64,000 nucleotides of DNA from Planctomycetota bacterium (GTDB lineage: Bacteria > Planctomycetota > UBA8108 > SXIK01): assembly GCA_965223845.1 (NCBI GenBank), contig CBDCXR010000004.1:4672001-4736000 (forward strand), written 5' to 3'. Both the position numbers and the translations under genes were made by a program. Positions 45,366 to 55,442 of this stretch are shown here, one piece after another. Within the stretch, counting starts at the first letter, position 1, and the number at the start of each line of letters is the position of its first letter. Below the pieces are notes generated by a model. It was given only the letters and a program-made list of their open reading frames with translations. It did not search any database and had not been told where the DNA came from.

Positions 45366-47246
45366 ATGTCGACCCTCCTCATCGCCGCGGGCGCGTTCGT
45401 CCTCTACCTCGTCGCCTATCACACGTACGGACGGTGGCTCGCCCGCAAGATCTTTCGACTCGATCCGCACGCGAAAGTGCCGAGCGTCGAGCTGAGCGAC
45501 GACCGCGACTACGTCCCAACGGAGAAGGGCGTCGTATTCGGGCACCACTTCACGTCGATCGCGGGTACCGGGCCGATCGTCGGGCCGGCCATCGCAGTGA
45601 TGTGGGGCTGGCTTCCGGCGCTCCTCTGGGTGCTCCTCGGCTCCGTGTTCATCGGCGCCGTCCACGACTTCGGCGCGCTCGTCGTAAGTCTCCGCAACCG
45701 CGGACAGACCGTCGGCGACATCGCCGGGCGGGTGATCACTCCACGCGTTCGGCTGCTCTTTCTCTTCATTCTCTTCCTCGCTCTAACCATCGTGCTCGCG
45801 ATCTTCGGACTCGTGATCGCGGCGGTCTTCCGTCAGTATCCGGCCGCGATCTTTCCGTGCGTCGTGCAGATCCCGATCGCGGTCGCGATCGGGATTTGGC
45901 TCCACCGTCGCGGGGTGAAGCTCATCGTGCCGTCGCTCATCGCGCTTGCGATCATGTACGCAACGGTGATCTACGGCGATCGGGGATGGCTTCACGACTT
46001 CAACGCCGAGCTCGCGAGCTGGAGCATGATGGCCTGGGTCACCGTGCTTCTCGCGTACTCCTACGTCGCGTCCGTGCTCCCGGTTTGGACGCTGCTCCAG
46101 CCGCGAGATTACATCAACAGTCTCCAGCTCCTCACCGCGCTCGGACTGGTCGTCGCGGGACTCGTCACGGCCGCGTTCGTGGGCGGTGCGCCGCCGGCTC
46201 CGGAGGCGGCCCGCCCGCCGCTCGAAATCGTCGCCCCGCTCGTCGAGTGGGCACCGGAGGGCGCGCCGGCGATCTTTCCGTTTCTCTTCATCACGATCGC
46301 CTGCGGCGCGATCAGCGGATTTCATTGCCTCGTGAGCAGCGGGACGTCGAGCAAGCAGCTCCGCTGTGAAACGGACGCGCAGCTCGTCGGGTACGGATCG
46401 ATGCTCACGGAAGGGTTTCTCGCGACCATCGTGATTCTCTCGTGCTGCGCCGGTCTCGGCCTCGGCCTCGCTGCCGACGGGGCGGTTCTGGTCGGCGAAG
46501 CGGCGTGGGCGAAACAGTACTCCTCGTGGGGAGCGGCGAACGCACTCGGCGCGAAGGTGGGAGGATTCGTGGATGGGGCAGCGAACTTCTTGAAGGCGTT
46601 CGGCATTCCCGGGGGCGCGGCGGTCGCACTCATGGGAGTTCTCGTCGCCTCATTCGCGGGAACCACGCTCGATACGGCGTGCCGACTGCAGCGCTACGTG
46701 ATCCAGGAGCTCGCCGGCGTGCTCGCCCCCAAGCGAGCCGGCGGAGGAACCTCGGCTTCGCCGCTTGCGTGGCTCTCCAATCCGCACGCGGCAACGATCA
46801 CCGCGGTCGTTCTCGCCGCTCTGCTCGCGGCGTTTCCGCCGGCGGGACAAGATTGGAGCTGGGAGAACGCCGGTAAGGGCGGCCTGATCCTCTGGCCCAT
46901 GTTCGGCGCGACGAATCAGCTTCTCGGCGGGCTCGCGTTCCTCGTCCTCGTGTTTTGGCTCTGGCGCCGCCGACTTCCGGTCTGGTTCGCTGCGCTTCCG
47001 ATGCTGTTCATGCTCGTTCTCCCGGCGTGGGCGATGCTCCGGCAGATTCCCACCTGGCTGAACGCGGAAGCGACGAACTGGCTGCTGGTCGTCGTCGCGA
47101 TCGCAACTCTAGCGCTCGAGATCTGGATGCTCGTCGAAGCAGCTACACTCTGGCCGCGCGCCAAGGGAGTGCTCGAAGATTCGTTGCCGCCGCTCGGTCG
47201 GCGGCTCCAAAGCGAGCCGCAGAGTGAAGGCGGACGGTCCTGCTAG
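45366..47246 (+). CDS. cstA: Carbon starvation protein A
   Basis: DYVPT, GHHFTSIAGTGPIVGP, LLQPRDYIN, TIACGAISGFH, LWPMFGATNQLL. Confidence 0.93.
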   Translation: MSTLLIAAGAFVLYLVAYHTYGRWLARKIFRLDPHAKVPSVELSDDRDYVPTEKGVVFGHHFTSIAGTGPIVGPAIAVMWGWLPALLWVLLGSVFIGAVHDFGALVVSLRNRGQTVGDIAGRVITPRVRLLFLFILFLALTIVLAIFGLVIAAVFRQYPAAIFPCVVQIPIAVAIGIWLHRRGVKLIVPSLIALAIMYATVIYGDRGWLHDFNAELASWSMMAWVTVLLAYSYVASVLPVWTLLQPRDYINSLQLLTALGLVVAGLVTAAFVGGAPPAPEAARPPLEIVAPLVEWAPEGAPAIFPFLFITIACGAISGFHCLVSSGTSSKQLRCETDAQLVGYGSMLTEGFLATIVILSCCAGLGLGLAADGAVLVGEAAWAKQYSSWGAANALGAKVGGFVDGAANFLKAFGIPGGAAVALMGVLVASFAGTTLDTACRLQRYVIQELAGVLAPKRAGGGTSASPLAWLSNPHAATITAVVLAALLAAFPPAGQDWSWENAGKGGLILWPMFGATNQLLGGLAFLVLVFWLWRRRLPVWFAALPMLFMLVLPAWAMLRQIPTWLNAEATNWLLVVVAIATLALEIWMLVEAATLWPRAKGVLEDSLPPLGRRLQSEPQSEGGRSC

Positions 47247-47372
47247 CCGATGTCGAATCGGAGGACCGGCGAGATCGCGCACTCGAGATCATGCGCCCGC
47301 GCGCGTGACGAAACGTTTTCGGCCCCGCGCGGAGAGAGTTCGCTCGGGTGAGACCGAGCGAGGAGACTGGCG

Positions 47373-48572
47373 ATGGCGGACGCAGCGAATTCGGCGGAGC
47401 TCGAGCTCGCGCCCGAGGCGAACGAGCGCGAGGAGGATCTGAGCGATCGCATCGCGAACGCGTGCGACCGGATGGAGAGGATCTATCGCGCCGGATCCTA
47501 CGCGCGCCTGACCGTGCGCCGGTCTTGGTCGAAGCACAATCCGGTGATCTCCGGCGAGTTCGCGCGGCCGTCCGCGTACCGGTGGTACCTCAAGCGGGAG
47601 ATCCGGCGATTTCTTCAGAGTGGGGCTAGCCTCCGCATCGAGCCGTCGCGCCCGCGCGTGCCGCTCGAGTCGCCATCGCTCCTCGAGAGAATCGACGAGC
47701 ACGACTGGGATTTCACCCAGAAGAAATTGTTCCTCTTCGAGCCGGAGCGGATCGATCTCTCCCTCGAGAGACTCGAACACTACACGGGCACTCGGATTGA
47801 AGATTTCCAGCGCTACATCGTGCTCACGAATTATCAGATGCACATGGAAGCGTTCCTCGAGCGGCACCCCGACTGCGCGAAACCGGAGCGGGACGGGGTT
47901 CAGATGCCGGCGTATCACGACGTGCGTCCGGACAATCGGGGCGTCACGATCATCAACATCGGCGTGGGCCCGTCGAACGCGAAGAACTGCACCGACCACG
48001 TGGCTGTGCTTCGCCCCGATGCGATCGTCATGGTCGGACACTGCGGCGGGATGCGAAACCACCAACGGATCGGCGACTTCGTGCTCGCGTCGGGATACAT
48101 GCGCGCCGACCGCGTCCTAGACGAGATCCTGCCGGCGGGAGTGCCGATCGCGCCGAACGACATCCTCAATCGCTTCCTCGCGCAGATTCTCGAGGAGGAG
48201 GGGCTGTCGTACCGGCTCGGGACGGTGTACACGACGGCCGATCGAAATTGGGAACTCGCCCTAAAGGGAACTCTGCGCGACCTTCGCGCGAGTCGGAGCC
48301 TAGCGATCGACATGGAGTCGGCGACCGTCGCCGCGAACGGATTTCGGTATCGCATTCCGTCGGCAACGCTCCTCTGCGTCTCCGACAAACCGCTCCACGG
48401 AAAGCCGAAGCTCCCGGATACCGCGGTCCATTTCTACCGCGAGACTCAGGCAAAGCACATTCACATCGCGCTCTCGGCAATCGACCTCGTGCGGAAGACT
48501 TGGCCGAGCGGCCTGCCGACGAGCAGTCTCCGCGCGCCGGACGAGCCGTTGATGGGTGGGCCGATCGTCTAG
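47373..48572 (+). CDS. amn: AMP nucleosidase
   Basis: RIDLSLERLEHYTGT, QMPAYH, NIGVGPSNAK, GHCGG, DMESAT, LLCVSDKPLHG. Confidence 0.9.
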   Translation: MADAANSAELELAPEANEREEDLSDRIANACDRMERIYRAGSYARLTVRRSWSKHNPVISGEFARPSAYRWYLKREIRRFLQSGASLRIEPSRPRVPLESPSLLERIDEHDWDFTQKKLFLFEPERIDLSLERLEHYTGTRIEDFQRYIVLTNYQMHMEAFLERHPDCAKPERDGVQMPAYHDVRPDNRGVTIINIGVGPSNAKNCTDHVAVLRPDAIVMVGHCGGMRNHQRIGDFVLASGYMRADRVLDEILPAGVPIAPNDILNRFLAQILEEEGLSYRLGTVYTTADRNWELALKGTLRDLRASRSLAIDMESATVAANGFRYRIPSATLLCVSDKPLHGKPKLPDTAVHFYRETQAKHIHIALSAIDLVRKTWPSGLPTSSLRAPDEPLMGGPIV

Positions 48573-48659
48573 TCCGCGGGGGCCGCGTTGTTCGCGTCCG
48601 CGAAGCTCGACATCTGTGGTGTTGAACCTCGGTGGCGTTCCGGCGACACTCGGCGCGCT

Positions 48660-49421
48660 ATGTCGCGCCGCCACTACGTCGAGCTCGTTCTCTACAAGAC
48701 CTACGCGGAGCTCCGCGTCGAGTCCGCCCGCACGTACATCGGCTTCCTGTGGTGGGTCATCGATCCGATCGTCAGCATGTGCGTGTACTACGTCGCGTTC
48801 GGCGTTCTTCTCCAGAATCGTACCGAGGACTACGTTCCCTTTCTGTTCCTCGGTCTCGTCCCGTGGCGCTGGCAGACGGCGAGCATGGTTCACGCGGGAA
48901 AATCGCTGATCGCCGGTCGCCACCTCATGCAGCAGGTCGATCTCCCCAAGGTCGTCTTCCCGGTGGTCACGATCCTCTCGGACGCGATCAAGTTCTCGTT
49001 CGTCTTCGTCGTACTTCTCATCTTCCTTTGGATCTACGGAACGCCGGTGACCTCTGCCTACGTCGCGCTCCCGGCCGTTCTTCTCGCGCACTTTCTCTTC
49101 ATCGGAGCGCTTTGCTTCCTCCTCGCGGCCGTCGTCCCGTTCATGGAAGACATTCAGATTCTCGTCGACTACGGCATGCGCCTCTTGTTCTTCGTCTCCG
49201 GAATCTTCTGGTCGATCGAGCGGATCGATCCACGCTTCCACGAATACGTCCGACTGAACCCGTTCTTTTCGATCGTGGACTCGTACCGAAAGATCCTCCT
49301 CTACGGAGAGTGGCCGTCTCCGGTGGCGCTGTTGTGGATCGGGCTTCTCTCGCTCGGCGGCTGTATTCTCGGCATCGCGATCATTCGCCGGTATGACTGG
49401 ACCTACCCCAAGCTCGTCTGA
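48660..49421 (+). CDS. wzm: ABC-2 polysaccharide export permease (Wzm)
   Basis: IGFLWWVIDP, YVPFLFLG, LLFFVSGIFW, LNPF; about 6 TM segments. Confidence 0.88.
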   Translation: MSRRHYVELVLYKTYAELRVESARTYIGFLWWVIDPIVSMCVYYVAFGVLLQNRTEDYVPFLFLGLVPWRWQTASMVHAGKSLIAGRHLMQQVDLPKVVFPVVTILSDAIKFSFVFVVLLIFLWIYGTPVTSAYVALPAVLLAHFLFIGALCFLLAAVVPFMEDIQILVDYGMRLLFFVSGIFWSIERIDPRFHEYVRLNPFFSIVDSYRKILLYGEWPSPVALLWIGLLSLGGCILGIAIIRRYDWTYPKLV

Positions 49422-50151
49422 AGAACCAAGCCCGTCCGACGCCCGCGCCGGGACTCCACCGGTGCTCGAGTTGCGCTCGGTAGGTCTTTTTTACTCGCGT
49501 AAGCGGCGACTCACGCGTCCGGGTGCGGCCGACTTTTGGGCCCTCCGCGATGTCTCGCTCGAGCTCCGACGCGGCGAGACGCTGGGGGTCATCGGCCGGA
49601 ACGGCTCGGGGAAGACGTCCCTCCTCAAGGTCCTTGCGGGCATCCTCCGTCCCGATCGCGGTGAGCTGACGCGTCGCTGCGGCCCCGCCACCCTGCTCTC
49701 TCTCCAGGTCGGCTTCCTCCCCGATCTCTCCGGCCGGCAGAACGTCACCTTGAGCGGTCTCCTTCTCGGGATGCGACGAGAAGAGATCGAACGGAGGATG
49801 TCTGCGATCACCGAGTTCGCCGAGCTCGAAGAGTTCATCGACGAACCCATCCGAACGTACTCCGCGGGCATGCGGGCGCGACTCGGCTTTGCGACGGCCT
49901 TTCAAATCGACCCCGACGTCCTCCTCATCGACGAAGTGCTCGGCGTCGGCGACGCCGAGTTCCTACGGAAATCACGCGCCGCACTGAAGGCGAAGGTGCA
50001 ATCGGATCGCACGGTCGTGATCGTTTCCCACAGCCCGCAGATGATCACGGATCTCTGCGATCGAGCGGTTTGGCTCGACGGAGGAGTCTCGCGAATGGAA
50101 GGTGACGTGGGAGACGTACTCTCCGCGTATCGCGAATCTCAGCGCAGTTGA
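49393..50151 (+). CDS. wzt: ABC polysaccharide export ATPase (Wzt, no C-terminal carbohydrate-binding domain)
   Basis: FWALRDVS, GRNGSGKTS, YSAGMRARLGF, LLIDEVLGVGD. Confidence 0.92.
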   Translation: MTGPTPSSSEEPSPSDARAGTPPVLELRSVGLFYSRKRRLTRPGAADFWALRDVSLELRRGETLGVIGRNGSGKTSLLKVLAGILRPDRGELTRRCGPATLLSLQVGFLPDLSGRQNVTLSGLLLGMRREEIERRMSAITEFAELEEFIDEPIRTYSAGMRARLGFATAFQIDPDVLLIDEVLGVGDAEFLRKSRAALKAKVQSDRTVVIVSHSPQMITDLCDRAVWLDGGVSRMEGDVGDVLSAYRESQRS

Positions 50152-50200
50152 CCCAGGTGCCGTCGCCGGCCGGATTTCGTTCGGTCCGCGCGGCGGCGAG

Positions 50201-51016
50201 TCAATCGCTTCGCGGCGATCGAGCGCCCTCGTGAGCGATCGCCATCAGCCGCTGTCGCCTCACTTCTCCGGCGAGGCGATCCGCTTCGAGCGCCTCGAGG
50301 AGCGCTCGAAGCACGGGCCGCTTCAGCTCGTCGAGTTGCGCCGCGATCTCGGTCATGGTCTCCCACCTCGTCCTCGGGGCGAGGATCCCGAGTCCGTAAA
50401 GTACGGGGATGCAGCGAAACTCGAGCGACTCATCGCGCGTGCGAACGAAGTCCTCAACGGCGGTCAACACCCCGTTGCGCTCGCCCCCTTCGAACAGCGC
50501 GTTGCAGAGATGGGCGTTCAGCGTGCCCTCGTTCGCACCCGCGCCGGGACGACGAATTCCGATTCGCCCGTAGGGCTGGCGACTCTCCTCCGGGATCTGC
50601 GCAGGATTGTAGTAGAGGTCTCGCCTCCCGTACGGCCATCCGACGTCGTGGAGCAAGACCACCGGAAGCTCCTTTCCCGCGGCGTCCGCCGCCTCGCCGA
50701 TGAGTTGAAGCTCGCTGAGAACGGAGTACCAGTTGTGATCACCGTCGACGAGCGCGAGGTCCACTGCGCCGATGTCGCGCAGAGCATCGAGACTCTTCGC
50801 GCGGTGAAAAACGAGTGCCTCGCGAAAGAGGCGCGACCACGCGCCCACGTCGAACCGAGGTTTCGGATCCACGGCGTGGAGGACGGCGTCGTTGGCACGG
50901 CAGTATTCGAGAAGAAGCCGAGTGTGAGCACCGTCGGCACAGCCGATCTCGAGGATCGACCGCGGCCGGACGATCTCGACGACCGGTCGAGTTACCGCAG
51001 TCCAGAAACGGTGCAT
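50201..51016 (-). CDS. Class I SAM-dependent methyltransferase (Methyltransf_24-like)
   Basis: ILEIGCADG, VDGDHNWY, LHDVGWPYGRRD, GVLTAVEDF. Confidence 0.85.
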   Translation of the reverse strand: MHRFWTAVTRPVVEIVRPRSILEIGCADGAHTRLLLEYCRANDAVLHAVDPKPRFDVGAWSRLFREALVFHRAKSLDALRDIGAVDLALVDGDHNWYSVLSELQLIGEAADAAGKELPVVLLHDVGWPYGRRDLYYNPAQIPEESRQPYGRIGIRRPGAGANEGTLNAHLCNALFEGGERNGVLTAVEDFVRTRDESLEFRCIPVLYGLGILAPRTRWETMTEIAAQLDELKRPVLRALLEALEADRLAGEVRRQRLMAIAHEGARSPRSD

Positions 51017-51304
51017 CGAGTCGTCCTTCTCACTCGGGGACTGCCGCCTCGGCTTCGGCCGCGCCGCGCGCACCGCGACGAACGCAGCGCTTCGCTCAAG
51101 AGTTCGGCCGGCTCTCTTCGCGCCCGCACTGGGGCAGAAAAAAATCCGGCGATCCGACGCTTCCAACCGACCGCCGTTCACCGGTATTGTCAGCCCGACG
51201 AGTCCACGCCGCAAGCGGATCGTCGGCCGCTTCGGCGCGGGCTGGATTTCCCGCATCGGGGGTCACGAAAGAAGTTCGCGCTCGACGCGCGATTGGAGAG
51301 AAGC

Positions 51305-52801
51305 ATGCAGATCAATCTCGACGACTACGACTTTATCGATTTCGGCGCTTCGAAAGGCGGGTCGATCGAGTTCGGGAAAAACCTCTTCGACGCACGCCGC
51401 GGTATCGGTATCGATCTCGACCCGGACAAGGTCGCGTTGATGCGTGGGCACGGGTACGACTGCATCGAAGGAGACATCACGCAGATCGATCTCCCCGAGA
51501 ACTCCGTACGCTTCGTGATGATGAGCCACATCCTCGAGCACTTGCCCGGTCTCAGTGCCGTCCGCGCCGCCATTGCCAACGCCGCGCGAGTCGCGACCGA
51601 TTTCTTGTTCATCCAGGGGCCGTTCTTCGACGCGGACCTCGACCTCGCCGCCGACGGCCTCAAGCTTTACTGGTCCGACTGGACTGGCCACACGTGCCAT
51701 CTCCGCAGCAGCGACCTCGAGCGCATCCTCGAGCAGCTGGGCCTCGATCAGCATCAAATGCACTTCGCGACGCTCATTTCTTCCTCGCGAGACGAGGCGA
51801 TCCACCCGCTCGCGTCGCCGCGGAACCAGCACCAGTACGATCCCGCGCGCCACCCCGAAAAGTCGGTTTCGCGATTCAGATATCCCGTGTACCGGGAGAT
51901 CGTCTGTTGCGTTCGGCTGCGCGACGTGCCGGGCTGGGAACGACTCGTCCAGCGCGTTCGAGTGAAGAAGAAGGCGGTCGCATCCGCGCCGCGAACCCGC
52001 CCGACATCCGGCGAGGCACCGGCCCCGTCGAGACTCGAGTTTCGCTGCTCGTCGCTCCCTCAGCGCCGGCGTCTCACGGAGGTCCACAAGCGATTGATGT
52101 TCCATCGTCGCTGGTCTTACCTCCGGTATCTTCACCTGCGCGAAGCGTTTCTCCTCACTCGGGACGTGAAGTCGGCTCTTTCCGTCAATTCTGGACAGGG
52201 ATACGCGGAGCTCGCACTCGCCCTCGAGTTTCCGGAGGTACAGTTCCGCTTCGAGTGGGATGGGCCGGGTGATGCGCCGGCCTGGGACCCGGGCCGAAAG
52301 CTGGTCGAGACGTGGGGGGTTTCCAATCTCTCCTTCGCTCGGCACGATCTGGACTCGATCGCGCCCGCAACCTACGATCTCGTCTGCTCGATCGAGACAA
52401 TCGCTCGCGCGGAGAACGACCGCGAGGCGGCGGCGGCTCTTCGCCGCATCGCGCGCCGCTACGTGTTCATTCTCGCTCCGTTCGCGGACCCCGAGACGAA
52501 CGCGAGTGAACGACTGAGAGAGCGCCTGCGCAAGCAGCACGCTCAGCACCGGGTCGGATACGACCTCGACACCCTGAGCGATCTCCTTGAGCGCCCGCTG
52601 TGCGTGCGCGGCTGCTACTGGAGTGATTTCGGCGGGCAGCTCCGCGAGAAACTCGCCATGCTCTCGGATGCCGAAGTGCGCGCGTCCCTCCCGCTCCTGC
52701 AAGAAGAGGCGAACCGCGACCTCGTCGAAGAGATCCCGCTTCTCTATCCACTCGCGTTCGGTATCTGGGGTCTCGCCGAGCTCGGCCCCGAAGCGAGTTG
52801 A
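51305..52801 (+). CDS. Two-domain methyltransferase-like protein
   Basis: GGAG RBS; domain 1 IDFGASKGG..GIDLD..MSHILEHLP; domain 2 LSVNSGQG..YDLVCSIETI..HRVGY. Confidence 0.78.
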   Translation: MQINLDDYDFIDFGASKGGSIEFGKNLFDARRGIGIDLDPDKVALMRGHGYDCIEGDITQIDLPENSVRFVMMSHILEHLPGLSAVRAAIANAARVATDFLFIQGPFFDADLDLAADGLKLYWSDWTGHTCHLRSSDLERILEQLGLDQHQMHFATLISSSRDEAIHPLASPRNQHQYDPARHPEKSVSRFRYPVYREIVCCVRLRDVPGWERLVQRVRVKKKAVASAPRTRPTSGEAPAPSRLEFRCSSLPQRRRLTEVHKRLMFHRRWSYLRYLHLREAFLLTRDVKSALSVNSGQGYAELALALEFPEVQFRFEWDGPGDAPAWDPGRKLVETWGVSNLSFARHDLDSIAPATYDLVCSIETIARAENDREAAAALRRIARRYVFILAPFADPETNASERLRERLRKQHAQHRVGYDLDTLSDLLERPLCVRGCYWSDFGGQLREKLAMLSDAEVRASLPLLQEEANRDLVEEIPLLYPLAFGIWGLAELGPEAS

Positions 52802-52802
52802 A

Positions 52803-55175
52803 TCAGTTCGCCCACACCGGGTTCCGCCGCCGCGCCGCGGCGCGGCGCAGCAGGGTGAGTTCGGACGCGGCCGAACCGAGCAGCGGATACTCGAGTGCAG
52901 TCGCAACCCCTCGGTCGGCGAGCCGCCGCCGCAGATCGGCATCGACCAGAAGCCGAGCGAGAGCGTCGCTCATCGCCTCGAGCGAAGACGTGTCGACGAC
53001 GAGAGCGTTCTCCCCGTCGACGGCGTACTCCGAAGCTCCCCCGTCCCGCGGAACGATCGTCGCGCAGCCGCAGGCCATCGCCTCGAGCGCTGTCCGGCCG
53101 AAGGCCTGATAGGTCGAGAAATCGACGAAGACGTCGCTCGCACGGAGGAGCTCTCCGACCTCCTCGCGCACGAGCTCACCTCGCTGCGTGAAGGCGAAGT
53201 TCCGTTCGAGTGCGAGAAACCCGGGATCGTCGTTCCGACACCCGAAGACTTCGATCACGACGTCGTCGCCAAACCGCCGCTTACAGTTCGCGAGGACCGC
53301 CATCGTCTCGGCGGGAGATCGTCGCGGCGTGCTCGGCCGAACCATGGCGACGACTCGAACCGGCCGCTCCGGCGCGTCGACGCCGTCGGCGAAGGACGGA
53401 TAGTAGACCTCCGTATCGATGCTGGGTCGTACTCGCTCGACGCGGACGCCGTGCTCGGCTTTCACCTTCTCGCAGAGCCACGCAGTCTTAGCAAAGGGGA
53501 CCATTTCGGGGACGAGCGTGTACGAGGCGACGGCTTCGGGGTAGAGAGACGACTCTCGATCGACGATCCAGGGTTCGTAGTCTTGGATGTAGTAAGCCGG
53601 AACGATCTCCGGATAAGCTTCGACGAGGTTCTTCACGAGCTTCACCGAGGTGAAGATCGTTGCGACGACGACGTCGAATCCCGCGACAAGCTCGAGAAGA
53701 TCGTTCGACCGAAATCCGACGAAGACATCGGGATCCACGTTCGGATATCGCGCGAGAAAGCTCGCGCGGTGCTTCGCCGGAACCGCGATTTGAGCGCTTC
53801 CGCCGAGCCGCCGCATCCCCACGGCGTCCTGAACGATCGAGTGGACTCCCCCACCGCCGCCGCTCACGGGCAGGACGAAGAGAACGCGAAGCGAGTGGGC
53901 GCTCTCTTGCCGTGGACGCGAGAGAGCGTCCGCGACGGCACGACGCAACTCTCCGAGCGCCGCGTTCTCTCTCAGCTCTTCGACGCACGTCTCGATGGCG
54001 CCGTCACCGTATTTCTTTCTCAGCGCGCGATTGCTCTCCTTCGAGATCTGGCTGCGCCTCTCCGGCGTATAGCTCTTCGATTTCGCGTGAAACACGTAGA
54101 CATCGTCGGCGATCGCGATCTCGAAGCCCGCCGCGCGCGCACGCATACAAAAATCGTTCTCCTCGCCGTACCCGCGGGGGAAAGCGTCTTCATCCATCCG
54201 CCCGATCGCGTCGATCACCGCGCGCTTGATCCCGAGACAGAAGCCGTTCGCGAGCGGAACCCGCGGCAGTCGCCGCGGTGAAACCGACGCGACGAGATCG
54301 GCGAATCGATCGACGTCGAACCCGTCGGGAAGCGGATTGACGCACCAACCGCCCTCGCGATCGAATCGTTCGGGAACCGACTGCCACGTGGCGGCGTTCG
54401 AGACGGGTCCGACGATTCCGACCTTCTCGTCGCTCCACGCACAAGCGAGGAGCCCGTCGAGCCAGCCCCGGCTGACGATGACGTCGCTGTTGAGGAGAAC
54501 GACGAAGTCACCGCTCGCGGCGTCGATTCCGCGATTCACCGCGCGAGTGTAGCCCGTCGCCTCGTCGCTCACGAGAAGCGAGACGCGAGGCCGAGGCGCA
54601 GAGAATTCACGCAGGTATCGCGACGTCTCCTCGTCGGAACCGTCGTTGACGACAACGAGCGAGAAGGGTCTCTCGGTGTTCTCGGCTACGGACGCGAGAC
54701 ACGCGCGCACATCGTCGAGCGCATTGTGTACGCAGATGACAATGGCGACATCGATCGCGTCGGGAATCGACGCGAGAGGCGAGGCGGGGCCGGATTCTTC
54801 GCGGCGGGAAAGTCGGTCACTCGAAGCGCCGCCGCGCGCGTCGACCGCTCGGGCTTCGGTTTCGCGCTGAGCGGCGATCTGCCGCCGCACCGCGGCTCGC
54901 TGAGGCGCCGAGCGGCGCCAGCGACGAAGCGTGGCCGCGCGGTAGGCGGCGCGAAGAAGACGAGCCACCTTCCAAGCACGCGACTCGACGACCGCGCGAT
55001 ACTCCGACTCGGCGTTCTTGTGGAGTCGCTTTCGCCGGTCGTACGCCTGCTCGAGCTCGCGGTACTTCTTCGTTCGTTCGGCGTACGCAGATTCTAGTGC
55101 GATGAGCTGCCGTCGAAGCTCGTCGGCCGTCTGCGGTGCGTCTTCCGCCTCCGAGCGGTCGGTCGTCTCGCGCAT
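52803..55175 (-). CDS. GT2-GT4 fusion glycosyltransferase with N-terminal coiled coil
   Basis: ICVHNA, VVNDGS, LLNSDV, GYGEENDFC (GT2); QAFGRTALEAMACG (GT4); GAGAGAGG RBS. Confidence 0.9.
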   Translation of the reverse strand: MRETTDRSEAEDAPQTADELRRQLIALESAYAERTKKYRELEQAYDRRKRLHKNAESEYRAVVESRAWKVARLLRAAYRAATLRRWRRSAPQRAAVRRQIAAQRETEARAVDARGGASSDRLSRREESGPASPLASIPDAIDVAIVICVHNALDDVRACLASVAENTERPFSLVVVNDGSDEETSRYLREFSAPRPRVSLLVSDEATGYTRAVNRGIDAASGDFVVLLNSDVIVSRGWLDGLLACAWSDEKVGIVGPVSNAATWQSVPERFDREGGWCVNPLPDGFDVDRFADLVASVSPRRLPRVPLANGFCLGIKRAVIDAIGRMDEDAFPRGYGEENDFCMRARAAGFEIAIADDVYVFHAKSKSYTPERRSQISKESNRALRKKYGDGAIETCVEELRENAALGELRRAVADALSRPRQESAHSLRVLFVLPVSGGGGGVHSIVQDAVGMRRLGGSAQIAVPAKHRASFLARYPNVDPDVFVGFRSNDLLELVAGFDVVVATIFTSVKLVKNLVEAYPEIVPAYYIQDYEPWIVDRESSLYPEAVASYTLVPEMVPFAKTAWLCEKVKAEHGVRVERVRPSIDTEVYYPSFADGVDAPERPVRVVAMVRPSTPRRSPAETMAVLANCKRRFGDDVVIEVFGCRNDDPGFLALERNFAFTQRGELVREEVGELLRASDVFVDFSTYQAFGRTALEAMACGCATIVPRDGGASEYAVDGENALVVDTSSLEAMSDALARLLVDADLRRRLADRGVATALEYPLLGSAASELTLLRRAAARRRNPVWAN

Positions 55176-55442
55176 TCCTCTCTCCCCTCCGATCGTTCCG
55201 CGGCCGATCCCTAGCTGCGGCGGAGCCCGCGCTACTCTACCCCAAGGCCGCAGAACCCGGCGGCAAAAATCGCTCTGGCTCGCCGATCGGCCCTTCGTCC
55301 GCCGGCCCTCGCCCGCTCGACCGATGCTCACGTGCGGTTGCGGACGCTCCGTTCGCCGAGACCGGCGAGGACCGCGAACGAAAACCGCGCGAGAGCACGG
55401 ACGACCGGTGCGATGCGATGCGAGCGACGCTCGTCACAAATC

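Noticed and set aside
50102-51304. Upstream part of the 899-aa ORF
   Set aside because: Antisense to the methyltransferase at 50201-51016; real start at 51305 with RBS
52587-54281. 564-aa + strand ORF
   Set aside because: Shadow of the GT2-GT4 gene
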